From Candidatus Bipolaricaulota bacterium (GTDB lineage: Bacteria; Bipolaricaulota; Bipolaricaulia; Bipolaricaulales; Bipolaricaulaceae), in the NCBI GenBank assembly GCA_015661965.1, contig DQVA01000215.1, forward strand, positions 1 to 29,631: 29,631 nucleotides of DNA. Reading direction: 5' to 3'. This document shows, in pieces, positions 19,208-28,584 of the stretch. The notes under the pieces are model-generated. The model saw only the letters and a program-made list of their open reading frames with translations. It ran no database searches and was not told where the DNA came from. Within the stretch, counting starts at the first letter, position 1; each line of letters starts with the position of its first letter. The position numbers were made by a program, and so were the translations under genes.

Positions 19208-19570
19208 ATGATCCTTCCCGAGACGCGGCTGGTGGTTGCGGACAACACCGGGGTCAAAGAGGTGAAATGTATCACGGTTTTGGGGAAGCGCCGCCGGGGC
19301 CAGATCGGCGACATCATCGTGGCCTCGGTGCAACGGCGCATCCCCACTTCCGACTTCGATAAGGGGGACATCGTGCGGGGGGTGGTGGTGCGCACCCGGG
19401 CCGCCTATAAGCGCCCAGACGGCAGCACCCTGCGGTTTGACGACAACGCAGTGGTGCTGGTGGACAAGAACCTGCAGCCAGTGGGTACCCGGGTGTTCGG
19501 CCCGGTGGCCAGGGAGCTGCGGGAGCTGGGGATGATGCGCATCATCTCCCTGGCCCCCGAGGTGGTGTGA
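19208..19570 (+). CDS. rplN: 50S ribosomal protein uL14
   Basis: [33 protein letters not shown]. Confidence 0.99.
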   Translation: MILPETRLVVADNTGVKEVKCITVLGKRRRGQIGDIIVASVQRRIPTSDFDKGDIVRGVVVRTRAAYKRPDGSTLRFDDNAVVLVDKNLQPVGTRVFGPVARELRELGMMRIISLAPEVV

Positions 19571-19571
19571 G

Positions 19572-19883
19572 ATGCGTAAGGTGAAAAAGGGCGACCGCGT
19601 CAAGGTCATCGCCGGGGACGACCGGGGCAAGATCGGCAAGGTGATCCGGGTCTACCCGGACCGGGAACGGGTGCTCGTGGAAGGGGTGAACATTATCACC
19701 AAACACCAGCGCCCCACCCAGACCGTGCGCGAGCCGGGGATCATAAAGCGGGAGGCCCCCATCCACTGGTCCAACGTGCGGGTGATCTGCCCCGAGTGCG
19801 GGGTGCCCACCCGCATCGGGTTCGCGGTGGTGGAAGGCCAGAAGCTGCGCAAGTGCCGCAAGTGCGGCGCCACGTTCGATTAA
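19572..19883 (+). CDS. rplX: 50S ribosomal protein uL24 with C-terminal CxxC...CxxC
   Basis: KKGDRV.VI.G.D.GK.G (KOW), VEGVN, EAPIH.SNV. Confidence 0.98.
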   Translation: MRKVKKGDRVKVIAGDDRGKIGKVIRVYPDRERVLVEGVNIITKHQRPTQTVREPGIIKREAPIHWSNVRVICPECGVPTRIGFAVVEGQKLRKCRKCGATFD

Positions 19884-19887
19884 GGCC

Positions 19888-20424
19888 ATGCTGCTATACG
19901 AACGCTACAAGAAGGAGATCGTGCCACGCCTCATGAAGGAGCTTGGGTACAAGAACGTGATGCAGGTACCCAAGGTGGAGAAGGTCGTGATCAACATGGG
20001 GGTGGGCAAGCACGACGACCCCAAGGTGCTGGAGGGGGCGGTGGCCAACCTGGCCCAATTGGCCGGGCAGCGGCCGGTCATCACCCGGGCCAAGCGCTCC
20101 GTTTCGGACTTCAAGATCCGAAAAGGGGATGCCATCGGCTGCATGGTCACCCTGCGGGGAGTGCGGGCCTACGAATTCCTGAACAAGCTGTTCAACGTGG
20201 TGCTCCCCGGGATCCGGGACTTCAAGGGGCTGTCCTCGGACTCGTTCGACGGCCGGGGCAACTACTCCCTGGGGATCACGGAGCAGCTGGTGTTCCCCGA
20301 GGTCTCCTATGACGATGTGGTTCAAATCCAAGGGATGGACATCACCATCGTGACCACGGCCGAGACCGACCGGGAGGCGCAGGCGTTGCTTTCCGCCTTG
20401 GGGTGTCCGTTTCGCAAGGATTAG
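19888..20424 (+). CDS. rplE: 50S ribosomal protein uL5
   Basis: [30 protein letters not shown]. Confidence 0.99.
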   Translation: MLLYERYKKEIVPRLMKELGYKNVMQVPKVEKVVINMGVGKHDDPKVLEGAVANLAQLAGQRPVITRAKRSVSDFKIRKGDAIGCMVTLRGVRAYEFLNKLFNVVLPGIRDFKGLSSDSFDGRGNYSLGITEQLVFPEVSYDDVVQIQGMDITIVTTAETDREAQALLSALGCPFRKD

Positions 20425-20432
20425 GGGGAAAC

Positions 20433-20618
20433 ATGGCGAGGAAAGCGCTGATTTTAAAGTCGCAGCGGCCGCCGAAGTTCAAGGTGCGACACCGCAACCG
20501 GTGTCAACTGTGCGGCCGCCCGCGGGCCTACATCCGGGACTTCGGGATCTGCCGGTTGTGCTTCCGCAAGATGGCCCTGGAGGGGGAGATCCCCGGGGTG
20601 AAAAAGGCAAGTTGGTGA
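20433..20618 (+). CDS. rpsN: 30S ribosomal protein uS14, Zn-binding type Z, 61 aa
   Basis: [24 protein letters not shown]. Confidence 0.98.
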   Translation: MARKALILKSQRPPKFKVRHRNRCQLCGRPRAYIRDFGICRLCFRKMALEGEIPGVKKASW

Positions 20619-20628
20619 GGAGGACAAG

Positions 20629-21039
20629 GTGACGGTTGCGGACCCAATCGCCGACATGCTGACGCGGATTCGGAACGCCATCGGGCGCCTACACCCCGAG
20701 GTGGAGATGCCCTCCTCCAAGCTCCGGGAGGCCATTGCCCGGATTCTGAAGGAGGAGGGATACATCGAGGACTACCGGGTGGAGGAGGGGGACAGCTATC
20801 CCCTGCTCCGCATCCGGCTCAAGTACCTGGAGGAGGGGACCAGGCTCCGGCGGCCCGCCATCCAGGGGCTGCGCCGGGTCAGCCGGCCCTCGCGGCGCCT
20901 CTATGTGGGGGCCGACGAAATCCCCAATACCCATTCCGGCCTCGGGATCTCCATCCTGTCGACGTCACAGGGGATCATGACCGGGCGGGAAGCCCGCCAA
21001 AGGCGCATCGGCGGCGAGCTCCTGTGCGAGATCTGGTGA
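20629..21039 (+). CDS. rpsH: 30S ribosomal protein uS8
   Basis: DPIADMLTRIRNA, L..EGYI, RVSRP..R.Y, STSQG, GGELLC.IW. Confidence 0.99.
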   Translation: MTVADPIADMLTRIRNAIGRLHPEVEMPSSKLREAIARILKEEGYIEDYRVEEGDSYPLLRIRLKYLEEGTRLRRPAIQGLRRVSRPSRRLYVGADEIPNTHSGLGISILSTSQGIMTGREARQRRIGGELLCEIW

Positions 21040-21050
21040 GGTGAGAGGCG

Positions 21051-21593
21051 ATGTCCAAGATCGGCAAACGGCCCATCCCCCTGCCCGACGGGGTCAAGGT
21101 CACCGTCACCGAGGACGAGATAGTGGTGGAGGGACCACACGGGAAGTTGGTGCAGCGCTACGAGCCCCAATACGTGCTGATTGTGGTGGAGGACGGCGAG
21201 GTCCGGGTGGAGCGGAAGGGCGACCGGGCCGTCTTCCGGGCCCGACACGGCCTCTATCGGGCCTTGATCGCCAACATGGTGCACGGCGTGAGCCAGAAGT
21301 GGCAGAAGGAACTGGAGATCCACGGCCTGGGGTACCGGGCCCGCCTGGAGGGGAAGGCCCTGGTGTTGGAGCTGGGTTACTCCCATCCCATCCGGTACGA
21401 GCCCCCCGCCGGGGTGGAACTGGAGGTCCCGGACCAGCAGAAGATCGTGGTGCGGGGCATCGACAAACAGCTGGTGGGCCAAGTGGCGGCTGATATCCGC
21501 GCCTTCCGGCCCCCGGAGCCGTATCGGGCCACTGGGATCCGCTACAAGGGCGAGGAGATCGTACGCAAGGCTGGAAAGCTTGGGGTGAAGTGA
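21051..21593 (+). CDS. rplF: 50S ribosomal protein uL6
   Basis: MSKIGK.PI, GL.R.L..NMV.GV, G.GYRA, PEPY..TGIRY. Confidence 0.99.
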   Translation: MSKIGKRPIPLPDGVKVTVTEDEIVVEGPHGKLVQRYEPQYVLIVVEDGEVRVERKGDRAVFRARHGLYRALIANMVHGVSQKWQKELEIHGLGYRARLEGKALVLELGYSHPIRYEPPAGVELEVPDQQKIVVRGIDKQLVGQVAADIRAFRPPEPYRATGIRYKGEEIVRKAGKLGVK

Positions 21594-21601
21594 TCACTGT
21601 C

Positions 21602-21964
21602 ATGGGAAAGCTCAGTCGGAACGAAATGCGGAAGCGGAGGCATCGCCGGATCCGGAGGAAGGTGGTGGGTACCCCGGAGCGGCCGCGCCTGTGTGTGTAC
21701 AAGAGCCTCAGGCATATCTACGCCCAGTTGGTGGACGACTCGCGCGGCCACACGTTGGTGGCGGCCTCCACCCTGGATCCGGAGATCCGGGGCCAAGTCA
21801 AGTCCCCGGACGTGGAGGCGGCCAAGCTGGTGGGCCAGCTCCTTGCCCGCCGGGCGGTGGAGCAGGGGATCCGGGAGGTGGTGTTCGACCGGTCCGGCTA
21901 TCCCTATCACGGCAAGGTGCGGGCATTGGCCGAAGCCGCCCGGGAAGGGGGGTTGGTATTTTGA
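21602..21964 (+). CDS. rplR: 50S ribosomal protein uL18
   Basis: RH.RIR.K, RPRL.V.KS..HIYAQ, VVFDR.GY.YHG.V.ALA.AARE. Start could alternatively be GTG 21590. Confidence 0.97.
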   Translation: MGKLSRNEMRKRRHRRIRRKVVGTPERPRLCVYKSLRHIYAQLVDDSRGHTLVAASTLDPEIRGQVKSPDVEAAKLVGQLLARRAVEQGIREVVFDRSGYPYHGKVRALAEAAREGGLVF

Positions 21965-22479
21965 GGACTAACGTCGGCGCGGAGCAGCTTTCCAACGAGG
22001 TTATCGAGATCCGCCGGGTGGGCAAGGTCACCAAGGGTGGCAAGCGCCTCCGGTTCCGGGTGGTGGTTGTCGTCGGCGACGGCGAGGGCCATGTGGGGGT
22101 GGGCATGGGCAAATCCATCGAGATCCCCATGGCCATCCAGCAGGCCATCCGTGATGCGGCCAAGCACATGATCGAGGTGCCCATCGTGAACGGGACCATC
22201 CCGCATGAGGTGATCGGGGAACTGGGGGCGGCCCGGGTGCTCCTGAAGCCAGCCTATCCCGGCACCGGGATCATCGCCGGCCGCACGGTGGGCGCGGTAT
22301 GCCGGCTGGCCGGAATACGGGACATCCTCACCAAGGCGTTGGGGTCCACCAACCCGTTGAACCTGGCCCGGGCGGCCCTGGACGGGCTGGCCCGGCTGGA
22401 GACCCCGGAGCAGGTGGCGGCCCGCCGGGGAAAGAAGCCGGAAGAGATCATGGAGGTCAACGGTGCTAAGGCTGAGTGA
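21961..22479 (+). CDS. rpsE: 30S ribosomal protein uS5
   Basis: KVTKGG.R..F, VVVGDG.G.VG.G.GK, GTGIIAG, GS.NP.N. Probable TTG start overlapping the rplR stop. Confidence 0.97.
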   Translation: MRTNVGAEQLSNEVIEIRRVGKVTKGGKRLRFRVVVVVGDGEGHVGVGMGKSIEIPMAIQQAIRDAAKHMIEVPIVNGTIPHEVIGELGAARVLLKPAYPGTGIIAGRTVGAVCRLAGIRDILTKALGSTNPLNLARAALDGLARLETPEQVAARRGKKPEEIMEVNGAKAE

Positions 22480-22912
22480 TCTTAAGCCGACCCCCGGGAG
22501 CGTACGGCGCCGGAAGCGGGTGGGGCGCGGCTACAGCTCCGGCCACGGAGGCCATGAATCCGGCCGGGGCACCAAGGGCCAGGGGTCCCGCTCCGGGATC
22601 AAGGTACGTCCCGGGTTCGAAGGAGGCCAGACCCCGTTCTGGATGCGGTTCCCCAAGCGGGGGTTCAAGAACCCGGCCCGCACCGAATACGCCATCGTGA
22701 ACCTGGCCCAGCTGGAGGCGCATTTCCAGGCCGGGGACGTGGTGACCTTGGAGCAGCTCATGGCCCGGGGGATCGTCAAGGACCCTCAGGCCGGGCTCAA
22801 GGTGCTGGGGGAGGGTGAACTCACCAAGGCCCTAACCGTTAAGGCTAACAAGTTCAGCCGCTCGGCCCGGGAGAAGATCCTGGCAGCAGGGGGCCAGGTC
22901 GAGGAGGTCTGA
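22463..22912 (+). CDS. rplO: 50S ribosomal protein uL15
   Basis: RVGRG..SG.G...GRG.KGQ.SR, FEGGQTP, PKRGF, K.LG.G. Confidence 0.98.
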   Translation: MLRLSDLKPTPGSVRRRKRVGRGYSSGHGGHESGRGTKGQGSRSGIKVRPGFEGGQTPFWMRFPKRGFKNPARTEYAIVNLAQLEAHFQAGDVVTLEQLMARGIVKDPQAGLKVLGEGELTKALTVKANKFSRSAREKILAAGGQVEEV

Positions 22913-22914
22913 TC

Positions 22915-24207
22915 GTGCTCGAGCGCATCCACCAGGTCTTCACCATCGAGGAGCTCCGTAAGAGGATCCTTTACACCCTGGGCATGCTGCTGGTGTTCCG
23001 CATCGGCTCCTACATCCCGGTGCCGGGGGTGGACACCAAGCAGCTGGCCGATGTCCTGTCCGGGGCGTTCGGGCAAGGGCTGTTCGGGTTCATCAACCTG
23101 TTCACCGGCGGGGCCCTGTCCCGATTCTCCCTGTTCGGCTTGGGGGTAATCCCCTACATCAACGCCTCCATCATCCTGTCCCTTTTGATCCCTGTGTTCC
23201 CGAAATTGAAGGAGCTCCAGCAGCAGGGCCGGGAAGGCCGCCGCAAGCTCACCCAGTACACCCGCTGGGGCACCGTGTTCCTCGCCTTCTTCCAGGCCTA
23301 CGCCATGAGCTACCTGGTGATCCGGTACGGCCTAGCTCAACCCACAGTGGGCTTCTTCCTCACCTCCATCATCGCCCTCACGGCGGGGACCATCTTCCTG
23401 ATGTGGATCGGCGAGCGCATCACCGAAAACGGTATCGGAAACGGCATCTCCATGATCATCATGGCCGGGATCATCGCCCGGTTCCCCGGCCAGCTACAGC
23501 GCACCTACATCGAGATCTCCGCCGGCACCGTGTCCCCCATCTGGGCGGTGGGACTGCTGGTGCTGTTCGTCGTAGTGATCGCCGGCACGGTGGTGATCCA
23601 GCAGGGACAGCGCAAGATCCCCATCCAGTACGCCAAACGGACCGCTGGCCGGCGGGTGTACGGGGGACATTCCGCGCATCTCCCCATCCGGGTGAACCAA
23701 GGCGGCGTCATCCCCATCATCTTCGCCTCGGCCATCCTCACCCTGCCCAGCTCCGTCGCCGCCTGGGTGCCGGGCCTCAACTGGTTGCAATCCTACGTGG
23801 CACCCGGGACCCTGATCTACCTAATCGCTTACGTATTGCTGATCTTCTTCTTCACCTATTTCTACTCGTCGCTGGTGTTCGATCCCCATGACCTGGCGAA
23901 GAACCTCAGGGAGGCCGGTGGGTTCATCCCCGGGGTGCGGCCGGGGGAGCCCACCGCCCGCTACCTCACTGACGTGACCGGGAGGCTTCTTTTGGTGGGC
24001 GCGCTGTTCCTAGCCGCCATCGCTGTTCTTCCCTATGTGTTTCAAGCCATATCGGGGATAACCGCGTTCTCCCTGGGTGGGACCTCACTGCTGATTCTGG
24101 TGGGGGTGGGGATCGACACCATCATGCAGATCGAGGCTCATCTGGTAATGCGGCAGTATGAATCGCTAGTCAAGGGGGCTGCCTTCCTGGGCCGGAGGCG
24201 GGGATGA
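22915..24207 (+). CDS. secY: Preprotein translocase subunit SecY
   Basis: SLFGLGV.PYI.ASI, GRRKL.Q.TR, GIGNG.S.II, LP..VN..GV.P.IFA, FIPG.RPG..T, GGTS.LI.VGV. Confidence 0.99.
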   Translation: MLERIHQVFTIEELRKRILYTLGMLLVFRIGSYIPVPGVDTKQLADVLSGAFGQGLFGFINLFTGGALSRFSLFGLGVIPYINASIILSLLIPVFPKLKELQQQGREGRRKLTQYTRWGTVFLAFFQAYAMSYLVIRYGLAQPTVGFFLTSIIALTAGTIFLMWIGERITENGIGNGISMIIMAGIIARFPGQLQRTYIEISAGTVSPIWAVGLLVLFVVVIAGTVVIQQGQRKIPIQYAKRTAGRRVYGGHSAHLPIRVNQGGVIPIIFASAILTLPSSVAAWVPGLNWLQSYVAPGTLIYLIAYVLLIFFFTYFYSSLVFDPHDLAKNLREAGGFIPGVRPGEPTARYLTDVTGRLLLVGALFLAAIAVLPYVFQAISGITAFSLGGTSLLILVGVGIDTIMQIEAHLVMRQYESLVKGAAFLGRRRG

Positions 24208-24836
24208 AGAACCTGATCTTGCTGGGGCCGCCCGGGGCGGGAAAGGGGACCATCGCCAAGCGGCTGGCGGCCGAACTCGGCTACCTCCACCTCTCCACCG
24301 GGGACATCCTGCGGGAGGAAGTGGCGCGGGGAAGCGAGCTGGGGAAGAAGGCCAAGGCGTACATGGACGCCGGGGAACTGGTTCCGGACGAGCTTATCCT
24401 GGCTATGGTCAAGGAACGCGTGGCCGGCAAGGACGGCATCCTGTTCGACGGCTTCCCCAGGACCCTGGCCCAGGCCAGGGGCCTAGAGGAGATCGCCCCG
24501 GTGCAGCTGGTGCTGCTACTGGAACTCGATCGGGACACGGTGGTGCGCCGGCTGTCGGCCCGGCGGGTCTGTCCCCAGTGTGGGGCCCTGTACAACCTGA
24601 TCACCAGCCCCCCCAAGGAGGACGAGCGCTGCGATAGCTGTGGCGAAAAACTCATCCAGCGGGAAGACGACCGGCCCGAGGTGATCGCCCGCCGGTTCCA
24701 GGTGTACATGCGGGATTCCGTGCCGCTGGTGGACTACTACCAAGGGAAGGGGATCTTGGTACGGCTGGACGCCGCCCGCCCCCCCGGGGAGGTGTACGCC
24801 GCTGCCCTCCATGCCATCGGTGATGATCGCCCTTAA
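24204..24836 (+). CDS. adk: Adenylate kinase with Zn-binding LID
   Basis: GPPGAGKGT, STGD.LR, DGFPR, CPQCG...CDSCG, QREDD. Confidence 0.98.
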   Translation: MKNLILLGPPGAGKGTIAKRLAAELGYLHLSTGDILREEVARGSELGKKAKAYMDAGELVPDELILAMVKERVAGKDGILFDGFPRTLAQARGLEEIAPVQLVLLLELDRDTVVRRLSARRVCPQCGALYNLITSPPKEDERCDSCGEKLIQREDDRPEVIARRFQVYMRDSVPLVDYYQGKGILVRLDAARPPGEVYAAALHAIGDDRP

Positions 24837-25602
24837 GACGGACCGCGAGCTGGAACTGGTGGAGGAGAACGCGCAGCTCCTTTCGGAGATCCTGGTGGAG
24901 GTGGGGGCGGCGGTGGGCCCGGGGGTGACCACGGCAGAGCTAGACCGGTTGGCGGAGCGACGCATCCGCGCGGCCGGGGCCAAACCGGCCTTCAAGGGGT
25001 ATCAGGGATATCCAGCCACCCTGTGTACCTCCGTGAACGAGGAGATCGTGCACGGGATCCCGTCCGATGAGCGGGTGCTCAGGAATGGAGACATCGTGTC
25101 CCTGGACCTGGGCCTTTTGCGGGCGGGGTATTACGCGGACGCAGCGGTGACGGTGGGGGTGGGGGAGATTTCCCCCGAAGCGAGGCGCCTGATGGAGGTG
25201 ACGTGGGGGGCCTTGCGGGAGGCCATAAGTAAAGCTAGAATTGGGGCGCGGCTTTCGGACATTTCCCACGCCATCGGCGCCTATGTGCGGCGTCATGGTT
25301 TTTTCGTGGTGCGGGAATTCGTGGGGCATGGCATCGGCCGGGAGCTCCACGAGGACCCGCAGATCCCGAACTACGGCCCGCCGGGGCGGGGGCCACGTCT
25401 GCGGGAGGGCATGGTCCTGTGCCCGGAGCCGATGGTGAAAACGGATGATGGACCGGTGCGGATCCTTCCGGATGGGTGGACGGCGGTGACCGAGAGCGGC
25501 GGTCTTTCGGCCCATTACGAGGAGATGGTGGCCGTTCTGCCGGAGGGGCCCAAGGTCCTCACCGGCTGGATTTGGGAGGGGATTTGGCGAAAAAGGAAGT
25601 GA
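24823..25602 (+). CDS. map: Methionine aminopeptidase type I
   Basis: [11 protein letters not shown], metal ligands D/D, GHGIG, EPM, AH.E. ATG 24823 (MIALK) is the likely start. Confidence 0.97.
   Translation: MIALKTDRELELVEENAQLLSEILVEVGAAVGPGVTTAELDRLAERRIRAAGAKPAFKGYQGYPATLCTSVNEEIVHGIPSDERVLRNGDIVSLDLGLLRAGYYADAAVTVGVGEISPEARRLMEVTWGALREAISKARIGARLSDISHAIGAYVRRHGFFVVREFVGHGIGRELHEDPQIPNYGPPGRGPRLREGMVLCPEPMVKTDDGPVRILPDGWTAVTESGGLSAHYEEMVAVLPEGPKVLTGWIWEGIWRKRK
25213..25241 (+). promoter_or_regulatory. Sigma70-type promoter inside map, candidate promoter for infA and the alpha operon
   Basis: TTGCGG (25213-25218), 17 nt, TAGAAT (25236-25241), encoded by the rare-codon run ATA AGT AAA GCT AGA ATT. 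Confidence 0.6.
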
Positions 25603-25802
25603 TCCGGGCGCGCGGAGAGGTGATCGAGGTGCTGCCTGACTCCATGTTCCGGGTGCGCCTCGACAATGGCCACGTAGCCTTATGCAAGACGTCGGGCAGG
25701 ATGCGGAAGCACTTCATCCGGGTGGTGGCCGGGGATCGGGTAGTGGTTGAGTTCTCGCCCTACGACCTCACGCGCGGGCGGATCGTGTATCGGGAGACCT
25801 GA
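25584..25802 (+). CDS. infA: Translation initiation factor IF-1, 72 aa
   Basis: TTG start after GGAGG; G.V.E.LP..MFRV.LDNG, SG.MR..FIR...GD.V.VE.SPYDL.RGRI.YR. Confidence 0.97.
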   Translation: MAKKEVIRARGEVIEVLPDSMFRVRLDNGHVALCKTSGRMRKHFIRVVAGDRVVVEFSPYDLTRGRIVYRET

Positions 25803-25813
25803 CGGAGGCTGAC

Positions 25814-25927
25814 ATGAAAGTGCGGAGTTCGGTAAAGAAAATCTGCGAGAAGTGCCGAGTGATCCGGCGCCACGGCCGGCTATGGGTCGTGTGCCGGGAT
25901 CCCAAGCACAAGCAGAGGCAAGGCTAA
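25814..25927 (+). CDS. rpmJ: 50S ribosomal protein bL36, 37 aa (not in the ORF track)
   Basis: Manual translation gives [37 protein letters not shown]; SD GGAGG. Confidence 0.98.
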   Translation: MKVRSSVKKICEKCRVIRRHGRLWVVCRDPKHKQRQG

Positions 25928-25936
25928 GGGGGGCCG

Positions 25937-26302
25937 ATGGCGAGGATCGCAGGCGTTAATCTGCCAGCCAAGAAGCGGATCGAGGTGGCACTGACCTACA
26001 TCTACGGGATCGGGCCCTCCCGGGCCAAGGAGATCCTGGCCAAGACCGGGGTGGACCCGAACACCAAGGTCATGGACCTCACCGAGCAGGAGGTAACCGC
26101 CCTGCGGCGGGAGGTGGAGTCCTACCCGGTGGAGGGTGATCTCAGGCGGCAGGTGAGGGCGCACATCCAGCGACTCATCGACATCGGCTGCTATCGGGGC
26201 ATTCGGCACAAGCAAGGGCTGCCGGTGCGGGGGCAGAAGACCCGGTCCAATGCCCGCACCTGGAAGGGGCCGCGGCCGGCCAAGGCCGGGAAGAGGAAGT
26301 AG
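25937..26302 (+). CDS. rpsM: 30S ribosomal protein uS13
   Basis: [38 protein letters not shown]. Confidence 0.99.
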   Translation: MARIAGVNLPAKKRIEVALTYIYGIGPSRAKEILAKTGVDPNTKVMDLTEQEVTALRREVESYPVEGDLRRQVRAHIQRLIDIGCYRGIRHKQGLPVRGQKTRSNARTWKGPRPAKAGKRK

Positions 26303-26304
26303 TC

Positions 26305-26664
26305 ATGGCACGCAGGCAGAGCACCCGGAAGAAGAAGAAAGCGATCAAGCTGGAGCGGGCACGGGTGCACGTGCACTCCACGTTCAACAACACCATCCTC
26401 ACCCTGACAGACCTGGGCGGGGACGTGATCACCTGGAAGTCCCCGGGCACGGTGGGTTTCTCGGGCTCCCGCAAGGGGACACCATATGCGGCCCAGCTCG
26501 CTGCCCAGGCCTTGGCCAAGGAGATGAAGGATTATGGCATCCGGTCGGTGGTGGTCACGGTGAACGGGACCGGGCCGGGTAGGCAGGCGGCGGTACAGAC
26601 CCTCCGCGCGGCCGGCATCCAGGTGGAAGAGGTCAAGAACGTGACCCCCGTTCCGCACAGCTAG
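26305..26664 (+). CDS. rpsK: 30S ribosomal protein uS11, C-terminally shortened (119 aa)
   Basis: HSTFNNTI.T.TD, GF.GSRKGTPYAAQ; ends at VTPVPHS followed by a stop. Confidence 0.97.
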   Translation: MARRQSTRKKKKAIKLERARVHVHSTFNNTILTLTDLGGDVITWKSPGTVGFSGSRKGTPYAAQLAAQALAKEMKDYGIRSVVVTVNGTGPGRQAAVQTLRAAGIQVEEVKNVTPVPHS

Positions 26665-26677
26665 GAGGCCTGAGAAG

Positions 26678-27301
26678 ATGGGCAGGTATACCGGATCCAA
26701 GTGCAGGCTTTGTCGCCGTGAGGGAGTGAAGCTGTTCCTGAAGGGGGACCGCTGTTATTCGCCCAAGTGTGCCCTCTCTAAGCGGCCGTATGCGCCGGGA
26801 CAGCACGGGCGGTTCCGCCGGCGGGCCACCCAGTTCGCCATTCACCTACGCGAGAAGCAGAAGGCCAAACGCATCTACGGGGTGCGGGAAGGCCAGTTCC
26901 GCCGCTATGTGGAGCTGGCCAAGAAACGTAAGGGCGTCACCGGCGAGGCCCTGCTCAAGATCCTGGAGCGGCGGCTGGACAACGTGGTTTATCGTGCCGG
27001 GTTCGCCTACTCCCGGGACCAGGCCAGGCAGCTCATCAGCCACGGCCACTTCCTGGTGAACGGTCGCCACCTCAATGTCCCTTCCTACTTGGTGAAGGAG
27101 GGAGATCTGATCGAGGTGCGACCCCAGTCAAAGGACAAACTGCGGGAGCTCATAAAGGCAGCGGTGGAGCGCAAACCACTGCCCAGCTGGCTGAGCCGGG
27201 ATCTGGAGGCCCTGCGCATCCAGGTCGCCTCCGAGCCCAGCATGGAAGAGCTGGATCAGTCCATCGAGACCAGCTTGATCGTGGAATTCTACTCGAGGTA
27301 G
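26678..27301 (+). CDS. rpsD: 30S ribosomal protein uS4, Zn-binding type
   Basis: C..CRREG..LFLKG.RC...KC, LREKQK, LERRLDNVVYR.GF, ARQL..HGH. Confidence 0.99.
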   Translation: MGRYTGSKCRLCRREGVKLFLKGDRCYSPKCALSKRPYAPGQHGRFRRRATQFAIHLREKQKAKRIYGVREGQFRRYVELAKKRKGVTGEALLKILERRLDNVVYRAGFAYSRDQARQLISHGHFLVNGRHLNVPSYLVKEGDLIEVRPQSKDKLRELIKAAVERKPLPSWLSRDLEALRIQVASEPSMEELDQSIETSLIVEFYSR

Positions 27302-27305
27302 AGCG

Positions 27306-28232
27306 ATGCCGAGCTTCGTGTATCCGGACACCTTAACCTGGCAGGAGCGCGACGACCGGTACGGCCGATTGGCGGTGGAGCCCCTGGAGCGGGGATATGC
27401 CACCACCTTGGGGAACTCCCTGCGGCGGGTGTTGCTCTCCTCCATCCCCGGGGCGGCCATTGTACGGGTGAACTTCGCCGGGAAGTACCATGAGTACGAC
27501 ACCATCGAGGGGGTGCGGGAGGATCTGCTCACCATCATCCTCAACCTGCGGGGAGTGGTGTTCCGCACTCAGGACGAGGAGCTACATCGGTTGTATCTGG
27601 ACGTAACCGGACCGGCGGAGGTGCGGGCCCGGGACATCCAGACCCCAGCCGGGGTGGAGATCGTCAACCCCGACCACTACATCGCGACGTTGAACGAGGA
27701 AGGCAGGCTCGAGGCGGAGATGGAGCTGGAGGTAGGGCGGGGCTTCCGGCCCGCCGAGGAGAACAAGCGGGAGGACGCTCCCCTATCCCTGATCCCCATC
27801 GACTCCGACTTCTCACCCGTGGAGAAGGTGAACTTCCAGATCGAGGAGACCCGGGTGGGGGGACGTCCCGGCTATGAGCGCCTGGTGCTGGAGGTATGGA
27901 CCAACGGCGCCATCACCCCGCAGGCCGCGGTGGCCCAAGCGGTGGAGATCCTGCAGCGACACCTGGGGTTCGTGGCCGGGGCCGCTCCGGAAGAGCCCGA
28001 AGAGGCGGAGGAGGTCCCGGAGGAGCTGCTCCAGCCACTGACCGAGCTTGGGTTCGAGGCCCGGGCTTGTAACCTGCTGCGGGAGGAGGGGATCGTCACC
28101 CTGGGGGACCTCCTGGCGCGCAGTCGGGAGGAACTCCTGGACATCCACGGCTTCGGGGAGAAGACGTTAAAGCGGCTGGAGGAGCAGCTAGCCCAGCTCG
28201 GCCACAAACTAAGCTCCGAGAAGGAGGCCTGA
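27306..28232 (+). CDS. rpoA: DNA-directed RNA polymerase alpha subunit
   Basis: EPLERG...TLGNSLRRVLLSSIPG, HEY.TI.GV.ED, D..FSPV, WT.G.I.P, alpha-CTD. Confidence 0.99.
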   Translation: MPSFVYPDTLTWQERDDRYGRLAVEPLERGYATTLGNSLRRVLLSSIPGAAIVRVNFAGKYHEYDTIEGVREDLLTIILNLRGVVFRTQDEELHRLYLDVTGPAEVRARDIQTPAGVEIVNPDHYIATLNEEGRLEAEMELEVGRGFRPAEENKREDAPLSLIPIDSDFSPVEKVNFQIEETRVGGRPGYERLVLEVWTNGAITPQAAVAQAVEILQRHLGFVAGAAPEEPEEAEEVPEELLQPLTELGFEARACNLLREEGIVTLGDLLARSREELLDIHGFGEKTLKRLEEQLAQLGHKLSSEKEA

Positions 28233-28233
28233 A

Positions 28234-28584
28234 GTGAGGCATCGGCGCAAGGTTCCCAAGCTCTCTATGACACGTTCCCGGCGACGTTCGGTGCTGGCGG
28301 GGCAGGCCAAGGCGTTGATCCTACATGGCAAGGTGGACACCACCCCGGCCCGGGCCAAGGCCACCCAGCAGCTGGTGGAACGGCTGGTGACTTGGGCCAG
28401 GCGGGGGGACCAGGCGGCCCGCCGGCTGGCGTTTGCGGTCCTTCAGGATAAGGAAGCCACCCACAAGCTGTTCGAGGAAATAGGCCCCAAGTACAAGGAT
28501 CGCCCCGGGGGCTACACCCGCGTGCTCAAGTTGGGGCCCCGGCGCGGGGACGGGGCGGAGGAGGCACGGCTAACTTGGGTATGA
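28234..28584 (+). CDS. rplQ: 50S ribosomal protein bL17
   Basis: MRHR, TT..RAK, LF..IGP.Y.DRPGGYTR.LK.G.R.GD.A. Confidence 0.97.
   Translation: MRHRRKVPKLSMTRSRRRSVLAGQAKALILHGKVDTTPARAKATQQLVERLVTWARRGDQAARRLAFAVLQDKEATHKLFEEIGPKYKDRPGGYTRVLKLGPRRGDGAEEARLTWV

Noticed and set aside
26662-26677. Stop readthrough or frameshift restoring the uS11 tail
   Set aside because: TAG is followed by GAG GCC TGA, and no frame encodes GCRPP.
28020-28200. Alpha-CTD change PNLGKKS to HGFGEKT
   Set aside because: The R265, N268, G296 and K298 equivalents are kept and such variation is common, so I cannot infer loss of UP-element binding.
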